From Octopus sinensis (Eukaryota), in the NCBI RefSeq assembly GCF_006345805.1, contig NC_043000.1, forward strand, positions 7,874,001-7,938,000: DNA of 64,000 nucleotides, read 5' to 3'. Of this stretch, positions 53,133-64,000 are shown piece after piece. The notes under the pieces were generated by a model. That model had not been told where the DNA came from, made no database searches, and worked only from the letters and a program-made list of their open reading frames with translations. The translations under genes and the position numbers were made by a program. The stretch's first letter is position 1, and each line of letters begins with the position of its first letter.

Positions 53133-53985
53133 CAGAGTAATACCTCACTTTACGAGACCCTGAGTTTACGAGTTTTATTTCTCGGCTCACTTTTGTATGG
53201 TGAGCAGAAATTTTTCAGGCACAAGATTTTGAATGAAGTGCCAAAGTTTCTACTAACATCTCAAATGCTTCTGTGTGTTACTGAGAAATTTATGGAGAGT
53301 GAAAAAAGCTTCTTCTAAGCAAACAACTCTAGACTTGTTTTTTAAAAAAGAAGTCTACAAGTCCATCTACGAGTGCTTGTGAATTGGTGATTGTGTCTAC
53401 AAGTGATGATATGCATGAGTCTAGTGTGAGTGAAAGTGGTTCAGAAAACGATTATAATGATAATATTTTTTATTATAAATGATCTTGACTGGGCTGAGTT
53501 CCTTTTGAGTGTTTGGCCTCACAGAGGCAATGGCCAAGCCCTTTGGCATTATATTGTGTTTGAGAAGAACATTCATCACGCTGAGCAGTCATGGCAGATA
53601 CTGGTGTTATGCAAATGACACCCATACTGGTGGCACGTAAAAGCACCCATTGCATTCTTGGAGTGGTTGGCATTAGGAAGTGCATCCAGCTGTAAAACCT
53701 TGCCAAATCAGATTAGAGACCGGTGCAGCCTACTAGGTTCTCAGTCTTCAGTTAAACCATCTAACCCATGCCAGCATGGAAAACAGATGTTAAACGATGA
53801 CAACGATGATGATATTGTTATTTTATTGCTATTTATTTATGAGAATTACAAATTTTATAGGTAAAATATTTTCTGAGAACAAATTATGTTTCATAACATT
53901 GCTACTATGAGAAATTATTGCTTTGCTTTATGAGGTTTCACTTTTTGAGCTGTCTCCGGGAACAAGTCAACCCATATATCAAAGC
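53133..53985. mobile_element. Tigger/pogo-like non-autonomous remnant with an RTE 3'UTR insert (~53600-53815)
   Basis: Left end GTAATACCTCACTTTACGAG resembles a Tigger TIR; right end is degenerate. Confidence 0.4.
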
Positions 53986-53992
53986 ATATATA

Positions 53993-54387
53993 GGCGCAGG
54001 ATCGGCTGTGTAGTAACTACCATGCTTACCAACCACATGGTTCTGGGTTAAGACCCACTGCGTGTCACCTTGGGCAAGTGTCTTCTACTATAGCCTCGGG
54101 CTGTCCAAAGCCTTGTGAGTGGATTTGGTAGACAGAAACTGAAAGAAGCCTGTCGTATATATGTATATGTGTGTGTGTTTGTGTGTCTGTGTTTGTCCCC
54201 CCCAACATCGCTTGACAACTGATGCTGGTGTGTTAATGTCACCATAACTTAGCAGTTCAGCAAAAGAGACCGATAGAATAAGTACTAGGCTTACAAAGAA
54301 TAAGTCCTGGGGTCGATTTGCTTGACTAAAGGCCATGCTCTAGCATGGCCACAGACATATGATTGAAATAAGTAAAAGAGAAAAAGA
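53993..54387 (+). mobile_element. SINE family A, full length
   Basis: Head, short microsatellite and tail all present. Confidence 0.85.
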
Positions 54388-54585
54388 ATATATATATATA
54401 TATATATACATATATAAATAATAGTTATCGCCATACTAATATGGCATTCTTATAAAAATAAGAAAAAAGCTGTCCGCTTATTAGCTCCATGAGGCCATCG
54501 CCTAAGTTAGCTATTTGATACACAAACTGTATCCATATAACCTTCGAACAAGGGAGGTCAGTCGCTCCACACTACTTGACCGGCA

Positions 54586-54627
54586 GCTACAGACGCGTTT
54601 CGGGGTATTGCCCCTTTTCAATGCAGC
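54586..54627 (-). ncRNA. Type I hammerhead ribozyme, U3-A8 variant
   Basis: Reverse complement of the 55228-55269 fold. Confidence 0.7.
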
Positions 54628-55227
54628 GTAGCCAGCCAGTAGGTGTCGCTTCCGACAATCTCTGTTCGATGGTTTTATTTACCTAGTTTCGGTGGAATAC
54701 ATCCACTTGTTTTCAATAATAGAAATATTAAAATAACTAAGTCTCTCTAAAAGAGAACAGCGGCAGCGTTCCCGGAAAATAATAGTTATCGCCATACTAA
54801 TATGGCATTCTTATAAAAATAAGAAAAAAGCTGTCCGCTTATTAGCTCCATGAGGCCATCGCCTTAAGTTAGCTATTTGATACACAAACTGTATCCATAT
54901 AACCTTCGAACAAGGGAGGTCAGTCGCTCCACACTACTGACCTTGTTCGAAGGTTATATGGATACAGTTTGTGTATCAAATAGCTAACTTAAGGCGATGG
55001 CCTCATGGAGCTAATAAGCGGACAGCTTTTTTCTTATTTTTATAAGAATGCCATATTAGTATGGCGATAACTATTATTTTCCGGGAACGCTGCCGCTGTT
55101 CTCTTTTAGAGAGACTTAGTTATTTTAATATTTCTATTATTGAAAACAAGTGGATGTATTCCACCGAACTAGGTAAATAAAACCATCGAACAGAGATTGT
55201 CGGAAGCGACACCTACTGGCTGGCTAC

Positions 55228-55269
55228 GCTGCATTGAAAAGGGGCAATACCCCGAAACGCGTCTGTAGC
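55228..55269 (+). ncRNA. Type I hammerhead ribozyme, U3-A8 variant
   Basis: GCTGCA-TTGAAAA-GGGG caata CCCC-GAAAC-GC-GTC-TGTAGC; stem I extends with TGGCTGGC/GCCGGTCA; predicted cleavage after 55263. Confidence 0.7.
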
Positions 55270-55583
55270 TGCCGGTCAAGTAGTGTGGAGCGACTGACCT
55301 CCCTTGTTCGAAGGTTATATGGATACAGTTTGTGTATCAAATAGCTAACTTAAGGCGATGGCCTCATGGAGCTAATAAGCGGACAGCTTTTTTCTTATTT
55401 TTATAAGAATGCCATATTAGTATGGCGATAACTATTATTTTCCGGGAACGCTGCCGCTGTTCTCTTTTAGAGAGACTTAGTTATATTTAATATTTCTATT
55501 ATATATATATATATATATACATATATATGTAGGTATACATATATATACAATATATATACATATATATGTATAGGTATATATAC

Positions 55584-55629
<46 letters not shown>

Positions 55630-55835
55630 ATATATATATACATATATATACATATATATGTATACATATACATATATATACATATATATACATATATATG
55701 TATACATATATACATATATACATATGTATATACATATATATACAATATACATATACATATATATATACATATACATATATACATACATATATATGTACAT
55801 ATATACATATATACATATACATATATATGTATGGG

Positions 55836-55873
<38 letters not shown>

Positions 55874-55899
55874 TGTATAGGTATATATATATATATATA

Positions 55900-56036
55900 T
55901 ATCATCATCATCATCATCGTTTAGCGTCCGTTTTCCATGCTAGCATGGGTTGGACGGTTCTACTGGGGTCTGTGAAGCCAGAAGGCTTCATCAGGTCCAG
56001 TCAAATCTGGCAGTGTTTCTACGGCTGGATGCCCTT

Positions 56037-56040
<4 letters not shown>
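55900..56040 (-). mobile_element. RTE 3'UTR tail fragment, near-identical to 23941-24085
   Basis: Direct sequence match. Confidence 0.75.
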
Positions 56041-56088
<48 letters not shown>

Positions 56089-56103
56089 CATATATATATG
56101 CAT

Positions 56104-56150
<47 letters not shown>

Positions 56151-56163
56151 CATATATATGTAT

Positions 56164-56220
<57 letters not shown>

Positions 56221-56237
56221 CATACATATATATGTAT

Positions 56238-56274
<37 letters not shown>

Positions 56275-56300
56275 TACATATATATGTATAGGTATATATA

Positions 56301-56338
<38 letters not shown>

Positions 56339-56850
56339 TGTACACACACGTATCCTAAAACAAACAAACCAACAAACCAAATACAAAAAAATTAGAAAAA
56401 GGATTATAAGTTCAGATTAAAAGATATAAAGGAAGATTATGAATTTAATCCGATACATTGCAGTGCAAGCTATTCATCTTGCTTACTAAGCATTTAAGAA
56501 CCATTTAAACACAGTCTGTCCCAACTAAACTATATACTTAAATCATGGTTCAGGGACAGCTCTTGGAAATAATAACTACAAATTACACAGTTTTATTCTC
56601 CCTTTCTCCGTACTTTCCCCTCCACCTCTCTCTCTCTCTTTCCCTCTATCTATATCCACCTTTCTTCCTATGTCTATATATACTTACATACATATATATA
56701 TGCATACATACATACATACATACATACATACATACATACATACATACATACATACATGCATATGTATATATGTGTATATATATATATATATATGTATGTA
56801 TATGTGTATGTATATATATATGTGTGTGTGTATGTATACGTGTATATATA

Positions 56851-56949
<99 letters not shown>

Positions 56950-57085
56950 GTATATATATATGTATATATATATGCATGCATGTATGTATATGTATATATA
57001 TATATTTGTATGCATGTATATATCTATATATTTATATATATATACATATATATATTATATATATATGTATATATATTCACATATT

Positions 57086-57196
<111 letters not shown>

Positions 57197-58215
57197 TATG
57201 TACATATGTATGTATGTATGTATGTATGTATATATATTTTTGCTAGACAATAAATCTGTTAGATTGCAGACAGTAATGGATCTCACTAAATGACGTTTTA
57301 ATACCTTTAATATTAATCAACAACATTTGCCCATTAACCACCCTACAAACACCATTACTGCCGTTACTATCACTATAGAATTATAGCTATGAAAAACCAT
57401 CGTTACCGACATCATCTTCATTATCTTGTAATCGTTATCTCATCCCTATCTCATCAACATCATCCTCCTTCTCACCTATCCAACACCTCTGTCATCATCA
57501 ACATCATCATCATTGCCATCATCACCATCATGGTCCCTCCCCAGCAGCAGCAACAGCAGCAGCAGCTTCGTTATTTTCTTCACTACCCTCATCACTGGTG
57601 CAGCCACTATTATCATCGACATCTTAGCCATGAGTCAACTCGAATGCTTCTAACCTCTATGTGGTTGTTTGATCTGCCAGAAATAGTATTCAAATCCTTC
57701 TCATATCAAAGCCTACTATCTTAAAAAGAATATGAACGACACATCTGATAATATACTCCTAGGGATACTATGTCTGAAAAGAAAAGATCATTGCTGGAAT
57801 ACCTTTCATCATAGGTCAATTCAATGAGGAAAACAGCAACAATAGCATCAACATCTTAATGACCATCATGATATCTACAGACAGATCCTTTCTTGTCTTC
57901 AACACCACAGCAAATCATTGGTGTCAAATGAGCAAAAGAAAACTTGTATGTGGTCACTGAACCTGACAGAAAGAGCAGTCAAATTCCCTTTAAACACATA
58001 CTACTATCATGAAAAAATACCAAAAAGGATGGGTATATTGGATGCTGTAGTTGCAGATGCTCCTAATGATGGGATGTCCAGGCTTTTGATCGTGAGCCAA
58101 CTTATTTAAAGTAAATCTGAAATATTTATTCAGAAATCTGTTTAAATACAATCAGCTTGAGGCTTTTGATTACAAGCCTGTTGAGGTAGAGTCATTAAGG
58201 TTTAACAAATAAGTA

Positions 58216-58769
58216 TTGGGTTGTCTGGAAAGTTCGTGCCAATGTTTAAAGGAAAGAAAAAGGCCAATAAATACTTGCCATTACATTTTTAATCAACCAA
58301 ATATAAACCATTTTGTTGCATCTTTTCTTTAATTTGAAAATACCCTCTTCCCAGAACTGAGGTGGTTTCATGGCAAAGAATTCATCAAGGTATCTTTTTA
58401 GGTCATCTAAGGAGTTGAAATTTTTACACCATTAAGACTATTCTGCAGAGACCTGAATAAGTGGAAATCTGAAGGAGCAATATCTGGAGGATATGGAGGG
58501 TGGGGTAACACATCCCAGCTGAGCTGCAGCAATTTTTGTCTGGTTCCCAAAGCATCAAGTGCCGAAAATGAACTTTCTTATCTTCCATTTTAAAGGGTTA
58601 CAGAATTAACACAAGTTATAGGAACATAAACCTTCTTCCATGAAAAGATAGCTTAAACTAGCTCTAAATGGAGGTGTAGTCAAATCCTATTTTATGGACT
58701 CAACCATGTTCTAAAATAAGTCGAAAGATAAGCTACTATAAATTGGTAAGAACTTTCTGGACAACCCAA
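58216..58769 (-). mobile_element. Internally deleted mariner element
   Basis: TIRs TTGGGTTGTCTGGAAAGTTC / GAACTTTCTGGACAACCCAA with TA flanks; HPPY.PDIAPSDFHLFRSL remnant. Confidence 0.8.
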
Positions 58770-58799
58770 TAGAAACAGAGAAAAATAGATTAGAGGGTT

Positions 58800-60060
58800 A
58801 GCAAATTAAAATGGGTGATCAGGAAAGGCATTGCAGCCAATATATTAGTGGCATGATAGCCCCCAATCACTTCTTCAACATGAAGCATGAAGGATGCATT
58901 GTCAGAACTATGATACATGCTCCCAGGCATGAGGGAGAGAAAGCCATTTGATGAGTAAGAATCTGTGATAGACTAAGAGTATTAGGTGTAACTCAATTTT
59001 AAGCAGATGCATGTGTAGCTTTCTGGTATTACCTTGTTCTACTGTATATGGCAGATGGTAGACCAGAGACGATATACTTTAGGGCCATGATAGCCTTCCA
59101 TGACTGTCAGTAGAAGCTGCAAATGATAAAAAATAGCAGCTGATATATGGCAGAAATTGGTTGTGGTTGTGTGAGGGGAAGATCGTCTGATCTGGATGAT
59201 CTGTCCTGTGACATTTATACATGCATATCAGCTTGGTTCATTGAAAGTTTGGCAGATGTCTTGTTACCAGATGCAGAAAAGATGAACTTGAAATTCAACA
59301 TCTGGCATGGTAAATCCATGTGACCAGTTACTGCAGAGTGGTGCTTGACTGACAAAGTTATTAAGTAGTGTGGAGTCTGGTTCACTCTAGAGTTCCAGGT
59401 GAATAGGAAATGGGATGAACCTATAAATAGAGTGGCTGTTATCATTCAGAAATTGGCTAATATGAAGCTATCTCTGAAAAGCCAGGTAGGAGTAACAAAT
59501 GTATGCACCATTTCCATTATGAATTAATGCCTGAGCATTATACCTTGTCCTAGTTTTTCTCTGATCGGATTGGAATGTCTGCTCTTTCACTTTTTATAAA
59601 TGGGTTATGTTTCACTGGCCAGAAGGGCCATCTACAACCAGCATCCCTTTTACAGAAAGATCAATAGCTCATGGCTGATGATGCACAGATATGTGCCGAG
59701 GCTGTGAAACCTACAAAGATTCCTGGACTGCGAGCAAATGTGGTCATCTTTTATCAAGCATGTTTTTTGGCAGCATGACTTGACAGAGCAGCTGTTTCTG
59801 GCCAAGCAAAAACTAAGGTGAAGCATCTGGCATCTGCAATGATGTCAGGTGCTCAAAAGTTCTCTACTAATAGGTCAATGTGCCTGATGGTATTTCCACA
59901 TTAGCATTCTGGTTGGTTGGTCAGTTAACTGTTCAACCATGGATTATTTCATTTACAGACATTTCTTGGATTCTTGTCTAAGTCTCACAAAGAAATTGAC
60001 TTGGAAATAATAGATTCATGGCTCTAACTTTTAATACCATTTTGCACATCTTCATGCATA
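58800..60060 (+). mobile_element. L1/Tx1-clade LINE remnant with large deletions
   Basis: CGVWF...W.E...RV...Q.L...KLSL...IIPCP...LE.LLF.FL pattern typical of the Tx1 post-RT region. Confidence 0.5.
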
Positions 60061-60937
60061 TTTTATGGCAGTCATGATAGAAAATCAAACTCTTTGATGT
60101 CTACAAGACATGTTTACTGTAAAATCTTTTCCCCCTACTTCTGTAGCTGTTAGCAACAATGATTTCTTTCCTTTTTGTATTATTATTTTTGGGACATTAA
60201 ATATATAATATTTCTCGGAAAAGCAACAGACATTGATGTTTATAGGAATTTTATCTAATAAAACCGTGGAAATAAGATTCATCAAAATATATCTAACGGT
60301 TTTTAAGATGCCATAATAAATATGCAGTGTTTACAGCAATCCAATAATATACTAGTCTCTAGAATTTGTCATAAGCTAATATGATCAGAGTACTTTTCAC
60401 TATCATTCATTTAGAATTCTTCTTTATTTTTTTTATCTCCTATCTCTTTCTCTCTAAACTACACAATACACAAACATTGATTTTTCCCTCCCGTCTCTAT
60501 TGATTCTATCAAATTTCCTAAATGGTTTTACAGCTGTATATCCAGCTGAGAATTGTTCAATAAATTTCCAGACATGCTAAGCTATATATCATAAGTATCT
60601 TATGGAAAGAAGAAAAACCCTAAAAAGTTGCCGTGACCTTCTCTCTCGCACAAACATTTCCACTATTCACCACCAGGAAGAGTTATTCTCACTATGGATA
60701 TGTCAACAACTGACCATTAGTGTAGTGGGTTTTTCAAAGCATTTCCTGGAATACATAATGGTGAGACGTTTCCAGTGGAATAATTTAATGTGGAACTTTA
60801 GTGATTGCCATCTGGTCAGGTGTAAGGAAATTACTATTAGACCAGTGCAGTGAAATGGGATTCAGTCGACCATTTTAGAAACTCAATGAGGTTTGCTTTG
60901 GTTTTCATCATCGTTGTCATCATCATCATCATCATTG

Positions 60938-60972
<35 letters not shown>

Positions 60973-61550
60973 TTTGTCATCATTATCGTCACTATCATCA
61001 TCTTTGTCCATTGTTGCTTGTCATTGCAGCCACTACTGCCACCACCATTTCCGCCACTGACAAAACCAGCCAACCACCACCACCACCACTACCACCACTA
61101 CTTTCTCTTCATCTGCTTTCACTTTCTCTCCCCTCTCTTCTTCTCTCTCTTTTTCTTCTTGTTCTTGTCCTTGCATCAGACAGTGAGAATGGGTGCTCAA
61201 CAACCAATTTGGGTCATAAACATTCTTTATTTGCATGTTAACAATACTAGCAATGGTTTCAGGTGGGATGATTGCATTTCTCAAGCATTCTACTTATGTT
61301 TGTAATTGTCTCCATATTGGTTGTCTCATCCAGCATTGATGAGATTACCAACATTGTTAAAGTGGAGCACTTGAAAAATGCCAATTTTCTGCATGAGACC
61401 ATTGGTAGCATTGTTAATTCAGAAATAAAGTGTGTGTGTATATATATTTATATACATACATGCATACGTACATACACACACACATACATACATGCATATG
61501 TACATACACACACACATACATATACATACATACATACATACATACATACA

Positions 61551-61586
<36 letters not shown>

Positions 61587-61611
61587 TATATAAATATACA
61601 TATATATAAAT

Positions 61612-61680
<69 letters not shown>

Positions 61681-62476
61681 TATACATATATATATATACA
61701 TATACATACATATAGATCAAAACAGTTTGCATCTAAATTATCACAAAAATTGATTTACAATTATATTCACAATATAATCAGACACCATGAATTGTATTTC
61801 GAAAAGTGATGATGTAACTCTTCAATGTTGTAAAACAAAGAATTGTCAGGATAAAACATTAGAGTTAACGACTGTCAAATTTGGTGCAGAAGAAAATTGG
61901 ACATTTCATCCTTAATGAACTGATAATATAATATATAAATAAATATATAAATTAAACTGCATCCGGAGGTGAGGCTCCAGTTCAGGAGTTCTGGATTTGT
62001 GTGGAGTGTGGAGTCACCCTTAATTATTATTACTCCCAGGTTCATCTATCCTTGTGATAATATATTGGGTCAGCTTCCCTTTAGCAGTAGAATTGATGTC
62101 TGGAAGGCAAGGAATTGCTCTGTAGATTAGTCTGTTAGTATTACTTCACAGCACACTTGCATATATGGCTGTGCCCACACACATGTTTATATGTATATTT
62201 TATACACATGCAGTTTAAGTTGGTGCTCCAGCATGGCCTCAGTCAAATAGCTGAAGCAAGTAAGAAAAACTAAAAGAATGCAAATGTTGACGTAATATCT
62301 ATTATACAACTAACAAGATTATGAAACCGCAGTAAGCATCTATTCTCTCATACTGTCAACAACATTCTTGTCTAAGAATAATAAATTTCTATTCTACAAA
62401 AGTATAGAGTAATCCATCAGATTAGTGTAAAATTGTTTTTATTATAACAGAACATAAAAGCAAACATTAATATATA

Positions 62477-62997
62477 CCGTAAATCCTCAAGTATAGTCCG
62501 CCCTTGGGTATAATACGCAGGGGATTTTTAGGGGGCTGTACCTCTGAAAAACTTAAACCTTGTGTATAATACGCACCCCTTTTCTAACTTGAGTCTTGCA
62601 TAATTAAGCTAGCAGCACCTAGTCGAACAAACACTTCCGCACATGCATAATACAATAATGCTGATGTTCTTAACTGTTATATGGGAATGTAAATATGTTT
62701 GCAAATTGTGTTTGTTACATGTTATTCTGTGTTCTGAATACTTTTAATTTAATAAATGTTGCTTATTGCAAGTTATGGATGACTCTTTTATGACTTCATT
62801 GCTTTCAGGCTTAGCTTAAGGTATTTTCACGCCTGATATCACAAAATTTGTCTGAATAAACATTGCCAGACAGCAAATAGAGACTTGGATATTGCTTAGA
62901 AAATATTTTTCATTTTTAACCTCGTATATAGTACGCACTAGGGATTTTGACCGTTAAATTTTGGGAAAAAATGCGGATTATACTCAAGGATTTACGG
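62477..62997. mobile_element. Tc2/pogo-type MITE
   Basis: TIRs CCGTAAATCCTCAAGTATAGTCCGC / GCGGATTATACTCAAGGATTTACGG with TA target-site duplication; internal GTATAATACGCA repeats. Confidence 0.85.
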
Positions 62998-62999
62998 TA

Positions 63000-63560
63000 C
63001 ACATATGCATGTATCAAGCTGAGTAAAAATCTGGAGTTCTGGAGCTGATGAACTCTTTGAATGCATTTTCAGCATCGGTTTGGTTTTTGAACTCCTCTCA
63101 CAGGAAACCATTAAGGTGCTTGATAAAGTGGTAGTCAGTAGGTGAAAGGTCTGGGGAATAAGCTGGTTGGGGAAGAACTTTGTAGCCACGTTCCCTCAAC
63201 TTCTGGAGCATCATTAGTAAAATGTGTGGTCGAGTATTGTCATGAAGAATGACTGGCCGTCTTCTGTTGACCAATCTGGGATGGAGGAGTAACAGTCTTT
63301 TGTTCATTTTGGCAATTTCATGGCAATATGTTTCTGTCGTAATGGTTTTTCTGGGTTTTAAGAAGATATAGTAGATAAATCCAGCAGTACACCACCAAAC
63401 AGTCACCATAATCTTCTTTTTGAAGAGCTAGGGTTTAGGGAAGGTTTTTGGTGCTTCATTTTGGTCTAACCATTGTGAAGAACATTTTTAATTATTGTAC
63501 AGAATCCTCTTTTCACCACAAGTTAAAATACAGTCAAGAAATGGATCGGTCTGGTTATGG
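63000..63560 (-). mobile_element. mariner remnant (cecropia/Hsmar1-like)
   Basis: MVTVWW...LVNRRRPVILHDNTRPH...YSPDLSPTDYHFIKHL. Confidence 0.85.
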
Positions 63561-63824
63561 AGAAGAAGCAACAAGCAGAAGGTTGTGAATCTTTTCATAT
63601 TGCAGAACAATAAGCTGCAAAAAGGTTTTCTTTTTATCAGCCAATCTTGGCTGCCTACCATGGAATATAAAAAGAAAACCTTTTTGCAGCTTATTGTTCT
63701 GCAATATGAAAAGATTCACAACCTTCTGTCACAATAAACCACTATTGTCCCCGAAAGCTGATTTTTATTTTTCTATAGATTGCTTGAAGCTAACTTTCTT
63801 CCTACACCTCAATGCCTGGATCTA

Positions 63825-64000
63825 ATGAGTGGCTGTGTGTAAGTAGCTTGCTTATCAACTACATGGTTCAGAGTTCAGTCCCACTGTGTGGCACCTTGGG
63901 CAAGTGTCTTCTACTATAGCCTCGAGCCAACCAAAACCTTGTGAGTGGATTGGTAGATGGAAACTGAAAGAAGCCTGTCGTGTATATATGTGTGTATGTG
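63825..64000 (+). mobile_element. SINE family A 5' half, running off the window end
   Basis: TGGCTGTGTG...GTTCAGTCCCACTGTGTGGCACCTTGGGCAAG. Confidence 0.8.

Larger units (their letters stand above)
54416..55502. mobile_element. Palindromic Penelope pLTR / retrozyme-like element built from a 361-bp monomer
   Basis: ATAGTTATCGCC occurs at 54421 and 54782; inversion at ~54940; ~500-bp near-perfect inverted arms at 54416-54915 and 54941-55440; flanked by (TA)n. Confidence 0.85.

Noticed and set aside
57389-61305. His/Ile/Gln-rich ORFs (also 20436-21488)
   Set aside because: Low-complexity (CAT)n/(CAC)n/(CAA)n tracts with no domain or splice support.

Overview
AT-rich, repeat-saturated animal genomic DNA, probably intronic or intergenic. 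The SINE families, (TA)n/(CAT)n microsatellite load and RTE/Tc1/mariner debris look like an octopod cephalopod; this is inference from pattern recognition, not a search. No complete host gene is recognisable. Only a few weak exon candidates exist, and nearly all long ORFs in the track are tandem-repeat artefacts. Real coding remnants are all mobile elements: a Penelope-like RT/GIY-YIG ORF (24662-25969, minus strand), two Tc1 elements (one with DD36E spacing), several mariner and pogo remnants, and Gypsy, RTE, CR1/L2, Tx1 and RLE-type LINE fragments. Two satellites stand out: a 24-bp array at 6.5-9.2 kb and an 8.3-kb 26-bp array that grew out of an RTE LINE 3'UTR motif. The main unannotated signal is a set of about eight type I hammerhead-ribozyme-like folds, read by eye, in small Penelope-pLTR/retrozyme-like elements sitting in or beside (TA)n or AT-rich tracts. 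One family carries a compensatory U3-A8 catalytic core in a 361-bp monomer arranged as a ~1.1-kb palindrome (54416-55502), with a diverged relative at 248-480. None of the folds has been tested computationally or experimentally.
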